From the NCBI GenBank assembly GCA_016839555.1, contig JAEOUA010000003.1, positions 384,001-448,000 on the forward strand: DNA of 64,000 nt, read 5' to 3'. The notes beneath the pieces are model-generated. The model was not told the origin of the DNA. It ran no database searches and worked only from the letters and a program-made list of their open reading frames with translations. Shown piece by piece: positions 1 to 10,762 of this stretch; the first letter of the stretch is position 1; the number at the start of each line of letters is the position of its first letter. The translations under genes were made by a program, and so were the position numbers. Source of the DNA: Promethearchaeota archaeon. Lineage in GTDB: Archaea > Asgardarchaeota > Lokiarchaeia > Sigyniarchaeales > SOKP01.

Positions 1-879
1 ATAATATTTCATGTCTAATTCTTTCTCAAGATTTTCAGCATTTTTTAAAAATTTATTAATTTCTGCTTCATATCGAGTTCTTAATAAATTTAAATGATCT
101 TTTTCTAATTCATATTGGACCCACCTAGTTATAAGAGAATTTCTAATATTGTAGAATATTTGTCTTCTATCATTAAGAAGAAATTGAGTTGTTATACTCC
201 AAAGAGCATATAAAAATGCAATTAATGAATATTGGGCACCAACTGAATCGTATCTATAGGGCCTATTAAAACTTTCTATATCTCGATAATATTCAATAAA
301 AACTAGGCTTTTAATCCATGGCTCTAGCTGATTAAATAGTTCTTGAAATGCTATTAGAAAGAAAGCAAAAAATAAACTTCTCTTTTTCGGAATTTTTTTG
401 GTTTTCCATATATCTGAGAGTAAGTATTTATTAAGATGTTCAAGCGCAAAAAGATGCTGATGAAATAAACCAATAATATATTTTACAAAATCCTTTTCAT
501 AATAAATATACTCTTCTTCTTGTTTTTCTAAATTAATAACTGTTAATGGATGTCTGATGGTAAATATTTGATAATCATGAAAAAGGTTATACTTAAAAAT
601 ATCATTAATGATTTTTGTACATATAGATATTATTTCATTATTTGGCAATGGAAGAGGTTTATAAAATTCAAAATCTTGATTGAATTCTTGGCTAAAGTAA
701 TAATTAAAATAAAATAAATCTCTATCTTCCAATAAATATTCAATTTTCCATTTTTTTATTAAATTTTGAAAATAATTTCCTAATTCTTCAATATCATTAT
801 GTCTAGTATTTACTATTTTTCTTATTTTTTTCTTTCTTTCTTCAATCTCCTTATTCCATACTGCAATCCAATCTGTCAT
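1..879 (-). CDS. hypothetical protein, partial (runs off window start)
   Basis: ATG at 879 (MTDWIAVWNKEIEERKKK...), open frame to position 1; absent from the ORF track because no stop lies in the window. Confidence 0.7.
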   Translation of the reverse strand, partial: MTDWIAVWNKEIEERKKKIRKIVNTRHNDIEELGNYFQNLIKKWKIEYLLEDRDLFYFNYYFSQEFNQDFEFYKPLPLPNNEIISICTKIINDIFKYNLFHDYQIFTIRHPLTVINLEKQEEEYIYYEKDFVKYIIGLFHQHLFALEHLNKYLLSDIWKTKKIPKKRSLFFAFFLIAFQELFNQLEPWIKSLVFIEYYRDIESFNRPYRYDSVGAQYSLIAFLYALWSITTQFLLNDRRQIFYNIRNSLITRWVQYELEKDHLNLLRTRYEAEINKFLKNAENLEKELDMKYY

Positions 880-925
880 AAATATTTTTTATGAAAATAA
901 TTACTATTGTACTAAAAAAAATCCC

Positions 926-1168
926 TTAACCAAAATCTTTCTTTAAGATCCTTATCGCTTCTGGGAGTGTCAAGTGAGTTAAGTTTTGAGCTTTTTCTAA
1001 ATGTTTCGGGCAAAACCAAGCGGCATAAGGAGGATGACCTGTAAAGCCAAGTTTTGATGCTTTTTTATCCCACTTCAAATCATTTGGTCCTTTTTTAAAA
1101 TACAAAAGCTTGCATTCATCATTCTCTCCCATTCTTTTAGAACATACTTCACATATAGGTGGTTTCAA
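926..1168 (-). CDS. small putative zinc-binding protein
   Basis: CEVC ... GHPP..AWFCPKH motif, TTG start, 80 aa. Confidence 0.7.
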   Translation of the reverse strand: MKPPICEVCSKRMGENDECKLLYFKKGPNDLKWDKKASKLGFTGHPPYAAWFCPKHLEKAQNLTHLTLPEAIRILKKDFG

Positions 1169-1449
1169 TATTAATCAACTTATATTTTTAAAAATAAATA
1201 TTTAATGTTTTAGATATAATTATAAAATTGGTTTAAACCTTTAATGAATTTCTCAATTTTCTAAAAAATATAATCTTATAATTTAGCCTTTAATATTAAA
1301 AGATTTAGAATGTGTGCCCATTTGGAGATTCCTACTCATTGAAATTTTGAATTCTCATAGAAACACTATAAATGGGCACAAATAATAATATTGCAACTCA
1401 AAATAATTAAATTTATTATTATAAAAAAAAGAAATAAGAAAAAAAATAC

Positions 1450-2088
1450 CTAAGTAGGTTGTGAATGTTGTTTTAATAAATCTTCATTAGTTTTGCCCAT
1501 TTTTATTGCCAATTCTGCTACAATCGCATCAAGGTAAGTAAATGCAATCTGTTCGAATTGCGTACCTTCAGGCGTGAGAACCGCATGATTTTCCTCATCT
1601 CGATCCTTTTTAGTTCTACCAAGGATTTTAATAGTGATATCACCGATACGCCCAACTACGGTCTCTGGGTGGCTGGTTATACATACTATTGCATGAGGTT
1701 TTATTGTATTTACATAAGTTTTTAATAAACTGACAACAATAGATGTGGTACCCGAACCAGAAAGCACAATTAAAATATCTTTTTTTCTAAGAGCGGGGAT
1801 ATGTCCTAAATTCGTAATCATATGAACTTCTGCCCCTAAATGCACTAATCGCGTTGCAAAACATTGTAAAATAAAGGCACTTCTTCCTGAGGCGAGGAGA
1901 AAGAATCTGCGATTATTAATTATCCCATCATGAATAATATTTATAAATTTTTGCGTGTATTTGAAATTTTGATCAATATGCTCCATATTTTTTTGAAGGT
2001 TGTTCATGATCAATTCCATAGCTTGGAATAGGATTCTTTTTGTCTTACCATTGGTAGGTTGAGACTCAATCTCAATATCATCAGCCAT
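1450..2088 (-). CDS. hxlB: SIS-domain protein, 6-phospho-3-hexuloisomerase-like
   Basis: SGRS, RLVHLG, SGSGTT and PEGTQFEQ motifs typical of PHI/HxlB. Confidence 0.75.
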   Translation of the reverse strand: MADDIEIESQPTNGKTKRILFQAMELIMNNLQKNMEHIDQNFKYTQKFINIIHDGIINNRRFFLLASGRSAFILQCFATRLVHLGAEVHMITNLGHIPALRKKDILIVLSGSGTTSIVVSLLKTYVNTIKPHAIVCITSHPETVVGRIGDITIKILGRTKKDRDEENHAVLTPEGTQFEQIAFTYLDAIVAELAIKMGKTNEDLLKQHSQPT

Positions 2089-2346
2089 GATAATACACTA
2101 TAAAAACATTTATTCTATAGTATAATTTAGTTTTCGAGATAAAATATATATTGTTATTAATATACTATTTGGATTAATTGTTTTAAAATACAATAATAAA
2201 AATTTATTGGAAACACTAAGGTTTAATTAATATTGCTTTAGCATTAATAAATATGATTATATTTTTCTTTTTTAAGCAATCTTTATTGATTAGAAAAGAT
2301 TTATGTTTCTAAAATTAGTTTTTAATGATTTTTTTTTTAAACTTAA

Positions 2347-3225
2347 TTATAGCGGCCATTTAAGGAGAGATTTTATCAAGTTCATTGTGCTTAAATCTCC
2401 TTTTGTTAACTTTCCTATAACAGTTTCTCTTTTAAAAGCTCTTTTTAGAACTTTTTTTAAAACTCGCTGCCTATTATTATAATTTTTTACTTCCTCCTTA
2501 TATAAACGATGGATTTTTTGATGTAACTCATTAATCTCCCTTAGTCTTTTTTTTAAAAATTCTCTCCCTTTATAGAGACCATGTCCACTGATAAAAATTT
2601 TAAGGTTTTTCATATGTTCAGTAAAGTTATATAAATTTTTTATTGAATCATAAATAACTGAGATATCCTCTTGGATGTCGCTTGATGCTCCGAAGAGCAT
2701 TTTATATTTGGGTTGTATTCCATCTGCAACAAATGCCCATTCTTGTGTTTTTTCTATTAATGCGATTTGATCTGGCGCATGGCCCGGCATTGGAAATATC
2801 TCAAATCCATAGTCCAGAGAACCAGATTTAATCGTGGAAGGTAAAATTTTAGTCTTTACTGGTAATCTTTTTTCCCCCCACGTAATTTGTCGATATTCTG
2901 GATAAGTAGATTCTTTTTTTAGAATTTCTATTGCTTTTTCATGAGCATATATTGGAATATTGAATTCTCTTTGGAGCATTTGGGCACCACCACAATGATC
3001 TTCGTGAGTGTGTGTCAAAATACACAAATTTATCTCTTTTTCATTCAATTCATCGGTGATAAATTCTCTTAAATCATTTATACATGCTGGTGCTCCCGCA
3101 TCGATAAGTAGTCCATCAACAAGAAAACAGGAGGTATAAAAGGGTTTTGGAATAAGCTTATTATTGGAGGCCCATTTCCATTCTAAGATCTCTTTGTTTT
3201 CATAATAAACTTTTTCAATAACCAT
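2347..3225 (-). CDS. MBL-fold metallo-hydrolase
   Basis: THTHEDH motif, PGHAPD, FVAD, SGHG. Confidence 0.9.
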   Translation of the reverse strand: MVIEKVYYENKEILEWKWASNNKLIPKPFYTSCFLVDGLLIDAGAPACINDLREFITDELNEKEINLCILTHTHEDHCGGAQMLQREFNIPIYAHEKAIEILKKESTYPEYRQITWGEKRLPVKTKILPSTIKSGSLDYGFEIFPMPGHAPDQIALIEKTQEWAFVADGIQPKYKMLFGASSDIQEDISVIYDSIKNLYNFTEHMKNLKIFISGHGLYKGREFLKKRLREINELHQKIHRLYKEEVKNYNNRQRVLKKVLKRAFKRETVIGKLTKGDLSTMNLIKSLLKWPL

Positions 3226-3426
3226 TGTTTCACTAATCAGGTTTAATTTTATTAGCCAATTTAATGATATTAGTTAAATAAGTGTTCTAAAACTAAAAAA
3301 TATATAGAAAACAATAGAATTTTTATAAACTAAAAAATAAGTCTGAATCCTAGAAGGAGAACAAAATAATTAAGGTTTTGAAGATATACTTTTTAAAATT
3401 TTATATCTTTTTATTATTTTATATTA

Positions 3427-5277
3427 TTATTTATTAATCTTACATTTTTTTAAAAAGACAATAAAATTACTTCCTTTTTTATAATTTCCTGGGATTCTAT
3501 TCTCTATATCTATTTGCCCCCCATATTCCTTCAAAATTTTTTTTACAAGAGATAATCCTATTCCCATTCCACTGGTTTTTTTATGTTTATACTCACGGCT
3601 GAAGATTTGCTCCTTCTGTTTATCTGGAATGCCAATTCCATTATCTTTAAATTCTATTTTTACATAAGTATTCTCTTCTTTTTGAAGCTCGAAGACATTT
3701 ATCCATAACCTTTTTACTTCGCTTTTATTATGAACTATTCCATTAATTAAGATATTTTCAAATGCATCAATTAGGAATTCTCCCCCATAGATCTCTACAT
3801 CTTGATCTAAGGGAGTAAAGTCCATAGAGATATTGCCACTTATATAATGATTTTTTACGCTTTTAATTGATTTTTTTAATACTTCATTAATTTTAACAGG
3901 TTTTATTATTAATTCTTCTTTTTCTATGGCAGAAAGTCTTCTAATATTTGAGATCAAAGATGAGGCGCGATCTATTTGTCTTTCAATAATTTCAATTAAT
4001 TCTTCTATATCTCCAACATCCTTATTCTGTGTAGTTCCCATCTCTATAAGTTCGAAAGAGAATTTTATACTATTGAGGATGTTACTCATATCATGAGCAA
4101 GAATGTCCCGATAAAATTCTGCACGATTAAAGGCCTCTTTATATTTTTGTTCTGATGTTTTCAGTCTTTTTTCCGCTTCAACTTTATCAGTGACATTTCT
4201 TACAAATCCGGAAAATCCTACTTTATTTCCCTTCTCATCATAGCGTAGAGATATAGAGGATTCACCGTATAATGTTCTTCCCTTTTTACTAATAACTCGA
4301 TATTGGAAATTTTTTTGAGACTTTTCCGTTCTAAACACTACGTTAAAAATTTCAAAGGTTTCTTTTGCTTTTTCATGGGTCATATACTCTCGATAATTCA
4401 TTCCCATCATTTCCTCAGATGAATATCCCAACATATCACATAAAGCGGGGTTAAAATAAGTAAAATCTCCTTTTAAATCAACCTCAAAATATCCTTCTAG
4501 TGAAGTTTGAATAATTTTTTTGAATTTTTCTTCTGATTTCTTTAATTGTTGTTTTGTCTCTATTTGAGAAGTCACATCTCGAACGAATCCAGCAAAACCA
4601 ATTTTATTTCCCTCTTCATTATATCTCAAATATACAGAGGATTCACAATATAATGTCTCGCCTTGTTTATTAATAAGTTTATACTGGAAGTTAGTATGAG
4701 ATTTTTCTGTTCTATAAAGTTCATTATATTTTTTAAAAGTCTTTTTTGCTCCCTTTTCAGTCATATAATTTCTATAATTCATCCCCTTCAGTTCTTCAGG
4801 AGTATATTCTAACAAATCACATACAGCAGGATTAAAATAAGTGAAATTTCCCTTTAAATCTACTTCGAAATACCCCTCTTTTGAGTTTTTTAAGATTTTA
4901 TCTGCTTTTTTTAATTTCTGTTCCATCTTGACTCTCTGCGTATAATCCCTAAGGAAGCCAGCAAAACCAATTTTATTTCCCTCTTCATCATATCGTAAAT
5001 AAATAGAAGAATCACAATATATCTCATTTCCATCCTTAGTAATAAATCTATATTGAAAATAAATTCGAGATTTTTCTGTTCTAAACACTTCATTAAATAT
5101 TTGATATGTTTCTTCTGCATTTTCCTCAGTCATATAGTCTTCGTATGAAGTTCCAATGATTTCTTCAGGAGTGTATCCTAATAGTTGAGCGCCTGCGGGA
5201 TTACAATAAGTAAAAATTCCATCTACATTACTCTCAAAATACGCCTCTTTCGTATTTTCCAAAAAATTCTCAATCAC
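3427..5277 (-). CDS. cytoplasmic sensor histidine kinase with three tandem PAS domains
   Basis: three near-identical PAS repeats (EGYFEVDLKG.FTYFNPA...GNKIGFAGF.R), H-box AHDMSN, N-box ENILINGIVH, DNGIGI, GMGIGL. Confidence 0.92.
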   Translation of the reverse strand: MIENFLENTKEAYFESNVDGIFTYCNPAGAQLLGYTPEEIIGTSYEDYMTEENAEETYQIFNEVFRTEKSRIYFQYRFITKDGNEIYCDSSIYLRYDEEGNKIGFAGFLRDYTQRVKMEQKLKKADKILKNSKEGYFEVDLKGNFTYFNPAVCDLLEYTPEELKGMNYRNYMTEKGAKKTFKKYNELYRTEKSHTNFQYKLINKQGETLYCESSVYLRYNEEGNKIGFAGFVRDVTSQIETKQQLKKSEEKFKKIIQTSLEGYFEVDLKGDFTYFNPALCDMLGYSSEEMMGMNYREYMTHEKAKETFEIFNVVFRTEKSQKNFQYRVISKKGRTLYGESSISLRYDEKGNKVGFSGFVRNVTDKVEAEKRLKTSEQKYKEAFNRAEFYRDILAHDMSNILNSIKFSFELIEMGTTQNKDVGDIEELIEIIERQIDRASSLISNIRRLSAIEKEELIIKPVKINEVLKKSIKSVKNHYISGNISMDFTPLDQDVEIYGGEFLIDAFENILINGIVHNKSEVKRLWINVFELQKEENTYVKIEFKDNGIGIPDKQKEQIFSREYKHKKTSGMGIGLSLVKKILKEYGGQIDIENRIPGNYKKGSNFIVFLKKCKINK

Positions 5278-5628
5278 TGATTTCCTTATTTCTTTTGATT
5301 TCTTGATTTTCTATCCCCTTTCCCTATATCTTTTTTTTCGAATTCTTATTTAACAGATAAAGATCCTACTTTAAAAATCTATATATATAATTTTCTGAAT
5401 GTTTTTCAATAAATACTTTTAATCTAATAAAATAATTATAATACAACTTTAAAAATGCTCTTACCTTTTAGAATACCTCTCTTAATAAGATTTTAATTAG
5501 TAAGAAAAATAAAATTTTCGAAATTTAGAAATAAATTAAGAATGAAATTATATGGAAAAAAAACCACTCTATTATTATTTTAATTTATTAAAATAGGAAA
5601 AAAAAGATTGTAAATATTTTAAAAATTT

Positions 5629-5847
5629 TTACTCGTATTTTAATGCTAAGAGTAGGTCGTTCTTGGTAATTTTTTTGCGGTTTGCGTGCATTGTGAATTT
5701 CTTTGCAGATGATGTGAGACTTTCTGCTTTTTTCTCTAAATGATCAATTAACAGATCAACCGCATCTCGAGCCACAATGCTTGCACCCTCTTGTTTCATT
5801 AATCTACGAATCGGACTCCAAGCAAATGTATGTTTTTTCTTTGCCAT
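5629..5847 (-). CDS. archaeal histone (HMf-like fold, Lokiarchaeia type)
   Basis: FAWSPIRRLMK...HANRKKITKND histone-fold motif; GGAGG RBS upstream. Confidence 0.92.
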   Translation of the reverse strand: MAKKKHTFAWSPIRRLMKQEGASIVARDAVDLLIDHLEKKAESLTSSAKKFTMHANRKKITKNDLLLALKYE

Positions 5848-6661
5848 ATTTTTATTCCTCCATTTTATTATTAAATTTTAATTAAAATTTAAGTTTTTAA
5901 TTTTTTTTTTAATTTTTTTTTTATGTTCTTAGATAGTATTATATCTGAAGAGATATTTAAACTTTATGGCATTTTGATAAGATAGTGTTGAGTTAGATTA
6001 AAAAAAATTTCGACAAAAATTTTATGAAATTATTCAATTAAGTAAATTTTCAAATGTAAGTAAATAAGATCATACCTAATTTTTTATCACAATTTATTAT
6101 ATAATAATTATTGAAATGGTAAGTATGAAAAGATCTATTCATAGGTTAGCAAGTTGATGGTATAATTGGTATTAAATAAAAATTTGATAAAATTATTAAA
6201 TCGGTATTATATATCCAGATAACAGAATACTTAATATTTTTCCAAATTTCCATAATTAATTTTGAATAAAAAAGGAGAGAAAAAGTTTAAAAAGATCCTT
6301 ATAGTGTACTATAAAAAATTTAAGTTTCAAATTAAAGTTAGCTAAATAGATTAAAATTGAATTTTTTATGTATTGACGATTTTTTATTAAAAATAACGTT
6401 TTAATAATGACATAAAATTATACTTAGCTTCAAGTATTTAGATTTCATTAATAATGAATCACAAAAGAAAAAAATAAATTCCAACTGTTATTAAGTTCTT
6501 ATATTTCTTATCGAGTAGGGTGAATATTTTTCCAATTACAAGTTTCTACCTTTAGAAAATATATTAATAACCTTATAATTTAATTTTAACTCTAAAATAT
6601 TTTTTTTCCTTGAAAAAAATTTTCTAAAAAATGAGTAATTCTAAAGTATTATAAAAAGAAC

Positions 6662-7279
6662 TTATTCCCCTATCTCTTTAATTTCTAAAAATTTCCCTGT
6701 TGTTCCATCAGCGGTTATTACCAATATATCGATACCATTTCCTGACATTGCATCTCTTTTCATTGCGTTTCTAATCACTTTTTCTATAAGCTTTTCTCCT
6801 TCTGCAACAGTTAAATCTTTTTTATATTCTGCTTCTAAGATTCCCATAGATAAAAGCATACTGGTGCCTGCAGCCCCATAATCTTCTGGAATTAAACTCC
6901 CAATAGCATCAAGTGTATATAATTTGGGACCATCCGTGTCCATCCCAGCAATTAATAAGTTTGTATAAAACGGAGCCATTTTCCTAGAATATAAATAGTT
7001 TGATAATAGTTTTGCCATACTTTTCGTCGAAATTCGTTCATGAGCTTCAAATTTATAAAGCTTCGCTTGTGCCCTAAGGATTTTTGTAATCATTTGAAAA
7101 TCACCTATAAGACCATAGCAGGCAATCCCTATATAATTAGTCACTGAAAAGACTTTTCTGGTTGATTTATTAGTTACAGTATAATTCCATATAGCCCTTC
7201 TATCACTTCCTAATACTACTCCATCCTTACATTTAATTGCAACTGATGCGGCGCCGGGAACGATAATTTCTTGAGACAT
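6662..7279 (-). CDS. psmB: proteasome subunit beta, probably catalytically inactive
   Basis: KDGVVLGSDRR, RKVF, GLIGD, YTLDAIGS, RDAMSGNG; Thr1 position is Ala (PG/AASV). Confidence 0.92.
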   Translation of the reverse strand: MSQEIIVPGAASVAIKCKDGVVLGSDRRAIWNYTVTNKSTRKVFSVTNYIGIACYGLIGDFQMITKILRAQAKLYKFEAHERISTKSMAKLLSNYLYSRKMAPFYTNLLIAGMDTDGPKLYTLDAIGSLIPEDYGAAGTSMLLSMGILEAEYKKDLTVAEGEKLIEKVIRNAMKRDAMSGNGIDILVITADGTTGKFLEIKEIGE

Positions 7280-7594
7280 TTTTAAATTTAATCTTGAAAA
7301 TATTAATGTGTATTTTTAATTAATAAAATAAATCTACTTTATATTTTTAATTTTATCATAATAATTTAATAGATCCCTAAAGAATTATCTTATGATTATA
7401 TTATTATAGTATTTGAAAGTTTTAGACGCCATAAAAATAGATTTTCAACTAAATCAGAGAATACCCAATATAAAATTTATTAAAAGTATATTATTTTTCA
7501 AAAAAGAACACTTAAATAAGAAAAAACAATAAAAATTTTATTTTGTGAACTATTTTTATATATAATCAGCTTAACATCCCAAAATGAAATAAAA

Positions 7595-9661
7595 TTGAAG
7601 CTTATAGATAATGAATTTGCAGGATTTCGAGAGATACACGGATTTTCAAAGCAAGAACTTTTAGATATTAAAAAACAAATCTCGAGATATAAAGACGATT
7701 ATTTAGATGATAATAAAGTAAAAGAATTACTTGAAAATACATTTCCGACAAAAATTTTAACTATATATTATGATTATATTTCAAATCTTGATAAATTTAT
7801 AGAATTTTATCTAATTAACAATAAGGAACCAAGTTTTAAAGAGTGTGAGGATTTTTTTTATTTAAAATCTGATTTAATAAAAGAGATTAACCACATTGCT
7901 ACAAATCTTTCAAATTTAAATTTAAATATTCAAAATACGAAACGTTTTTTTAAAAAAAATGAATATTTACAGAATTATTCTTCAGAAATTTTTGATTTAC
8001 AAGAAAAATTAAATCAATCCCAGCAAGAACTTAAGAATTCGTTAGGCACCAAACCACAGAGTTATCATTATTCTTCCTATTTATTCTATCAAACAAATAA
8101 AATTAAAAATTCTCGCTTCAAATTAAAAGATTTACCAGAGAATTGCTTACAATGGGAAGAGATTTCAGATCTTTTCAATTATTTAAAGAATTATGGCACT
8201 TTGCTAAAATCTAAAGGAATTTTATCCAAAAAGGAAGTGGAAATACAATTTGAATTTAAAATGTTAATTGATTATTTTAATTCATCAGAACAAGTAAACA
8301 AAATTATTGGCAAAGAATTAGTATATCTTTTGTCTCTTAATAATTTTTTAGAAGAATTAGAATATGATGAAAATATAAGCAAGCCGGAAAGAAAAAATAT
8401 AATAGAAAACTTAAAAATATTCATGCAATCAATTATTAAAGACTTTATCATGGATGAATTAACGGATTATATTGAAAAATTAAGAGAAATAGAAAAAAAA
8501 TATAATTTAATCGATAAAGAGGAGAAAGAATATAATTTAAAAGCTTTGGTTGATAAAAAAGTAAGCAATTTCTTACCTAATTTTGTAGATTATTATATAA
8601 AAGAGTTGGAAGAGAATTATAAAATTAAAAGTACTGAGAAAGAACCTGTAAATGAGCTTAATAACCTCATTTTAGAGTATAAAAATAAAATAGAATTATT
8701 TTATAAAAAAATACAAAATTTAAAGGAGTTAATCTCTGAATATAAACTTTTTCTAAGACCTTTTGGCCATATAATAAATAATTATGAAAAAATATTTGCA
8801 TCTCTTTTAGAGGATATAGAAAGAAGAAAGGAAGATTTTGTTTTTTATCTGAAGACTGTTAAAAACGAATGGTTAAAGGATGATTTAAGAACCTTCACTG
8901 AAGGAAAAAGGGATGAAATCAATCAACTACTAGCAAATTATCGAGATAAATTCGCCAAAATATTAAAAGATGATTTTCCGCAGTTTAAAGAAATAGAGGA
9001 TATACTTAATACTTATCAGACGCAAATTATACAAATGAAGGATGAAGTCTATCAGAAATTTGAAGAATATAATAAAAAAAATTTAAATCAAATTCAGATC
9101 ATTAAGCAATGGGAAACAAACTTTAATAGAACAAAACAGCAAGCAAGCTTCCTTTTAAATCAGTATCTTATGAAAATTTTTAAAAATTTTGATAATATTA
9201 TTGAAAAAGAAAATGCTCTTTTTAGAGGACTCTCTGAAATTTCAAAAAAAAATCGGAGAGATCAAGAATTAGCTCTTAATTATGCCCTATCTGGTTATCT
9301 TTTTGGTAAGTTGAGCCAAAAAGAAATAAAAGAACGCATTATTACTCTAAAAGAAAAAATATTGCAATTACAAACTCAACAAAATCTCTATGAATCAGAA
9401 ATCTCTAAATTAGAAGAAGTTCTAGGCGAAAAAATTAAAATACAAGAAGGAATTTCTTCTACAAGAGTACAATGTGCCATTTGCCATAAGAATATTGACC
9501 TTAAAAAGGATAGATTTATTAAATGCCCTTATTGTGGAACATACTTTCATTATTTATGTATTTATTTCTGGCTCTCGGAATATAACAGCTGCCCTGCGTG
9601 CCAGAACGAATTCCTCGATCCTAATACTGACATGTATTATTTCTCAGAACCACTTAGTTAA
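7595..9661 (+). CDS. long helical/coiled-coil protein with C-terminal C4HC3 RING-variant finger (putative E3 ubiquitin ligase)
   Basis: CAIC-x13-CPYC-x4-HYLC-xxx-W-x6-CPAC at the C-terminus. Confidence 0.75.
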   Translation: MKLIDNEFAGFREIHGFSKQELLDIKKQISRYKDDYLDDNKVKELLENTFPTKILTIYYDYISNLDKFIEFYLINNKEPSFKECEDFFYLKSDLIKEINHIATNLSNLNLNIQNTKRFFKKNEYLQNYSSEIFDLQEKLNQSQQELKNSLGTKPQSYHYSSYLFYQTNKIKNSRFKLKDLPENCLQWEEISDLFNYLKNYGTLLKSKGILSKKEVEIQFEFKMLIDYFNSSEQVNKIIGKELVYLLSLNNFLEELEYDENISKPERKNIIENLKIFMQSIIKDFIMDELTDYIEKLREIEKKYNLIDKEEKEYNLKALVDKKVSNFLPNFVDYYIKELEENYKIKSTEKEPVNELNNLILEYKNKIELFYKKIQNLKELISEYKLFLRPFGHIINNYEKIFASLLEDIERRKEDFVFYLKTVKNEWLKDDLRTFTEGKRDEINQLLANYRDKFAKILKDDFPQFKEIEDILNTYQTQIIQMKDEVYQKFEEYNKKNLNQIQIIKQWETNFNRTKQQASFLLNQYLMKIFKNFDNIIEKENALFRGLSEISKKNRRDQELALNYALSGYLFGKLSQKEIKERIITLKEKILQLQTQQNLYESEISKLEEVLGEKIKIQEGISSTRVQCAICHKNIDLKKDRFIKCPYCGTYFHYLCIYFWLSEYNSCPACQNEFLDPNTDMYYFSEPLS

Positions 9662-9834
9662 TTTTTTCTTTATTAAATATTCTCGAATATTTGACACTTA
9701 TATTATCTTAAAAGATTATTTTGCCTATATTTAAAAGAGAATGCTTCATTTAATTATTAATAATATTTGATTATTATTTCTTAGGAGCAAGTTTTTTATT
9801 AATTATAATTTAATTTCTATAGTAGGGTATTTTT

Positions 9835-10665
9835 ATGATAGGGGAGTTAGAATCGTTTAGTGAGCCAACCAGATTTTTTCAATATGATTATGTATTATTT
9901 GACGCTATATTTCTTGGTGTTTGGCTCTTTTTTTTAATAAAAAATAAAAAATGGGCGGCACTCTCCTTTGGATTTATATGTGGAGTTATCGTATATTTTA
10001 TTGATGCTGTATGGTGGTGGAATACACCTTTGAATGCTAATTATCCCCCAGGAACCTTTATTCGTGAATATTGGATCAGAGATATTCAAATGCCGCACCC
10101 ATTGGGAGAATTCTTTTGGAAAAAACTTAGCTGTGACTTTATGATGTGTATTTCATATAGTTTATTTGCCTTTCCATGGATGTGGATTATTTATGAAAAG
10201 ATTTCCAAGAAATCTTCAGAAGAAGATCTTACCAAGGAAGATCGAAAGGAAATTGCTTTTTATACGCTATTTTATTTTGGTGCATGGATGGCAATCCCAC
10301 TTCTTACTTTATTGATTCCTTTTGATGATACTATAATTCATACAGTAAGGCATATGCAAACTCAATTATTAGTGTGGATTATTAATTTTTTTGTTGGATA
10401 CTCAATCTTAGCGATACTTTATGGTACTAATATAGTAAAAAGAAAAAATCCAAAAACGATAGGCTATGTATTTGTTGTGGGATGTGCTGAATCATTTTTT
10501 ATGGAATTTCCATTATTTGTTTCGAGAATTCGCCCAACAGGACCGATATTTTTATTATTTGAAGTAATCTTTTTAGTAAACCAAGGAGCTCCTTACTTAT
10601 ATATTGCATATGATATTATATTTCCCGAATTAGGTAAACAAATAAAGCGGTTGAGGAATAAATAG
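9835..10665 (+). CDS. multi-pass membrane protein, unknown function
   Basis: about 7 hydrophobic segments. Confidence 0.75.
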   Translation: MIGELESFSEPTRFFQYDYVLFDAIFLGVWLFFLIKNKKWAALSFGFICGVIVYFIDAVWWWNTPLNANYPPGTFIREYWIRDIQMPHPLGEFFWKKLSCDFMMCISYSLFAFPWMWIIYEKISKKSSEEDLTKEDRKEIAFYTLFYFGAWMAIPLLTLLIPFDDTIIHTVRHMQTQLLVWIINFFVGYSILAILYGTNIVKRKNPKTIGYVFVVGCAESFFMEFPLFVSRIRPTGPIFLLFEVIFLVNQGAPYLYIAYDIIFPELGKQIKRLRNK

Positions 10666-10762
10666 ATAAATTTTTCATTTTTTATATTTGAACTCAGGGA
10701 TTTAAAAAAGTATTTTTATAGTGAAAGAAAAGAATAAAGAACAAGGCTTTCGAAAGAAAGTA

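Noticed and set aside
1313-1380. SECIS element
   Set aside because: No helix II of suitable length, and the upstream gene has no in-frame UGA. Kept only as a generic stem-loop.
5848-6661. Long AT-rich gap as a replication origin or hidden gene
   Set aside because: No ORB-like repeats, no adjacent cdc6/orc1 and no credible ORF.
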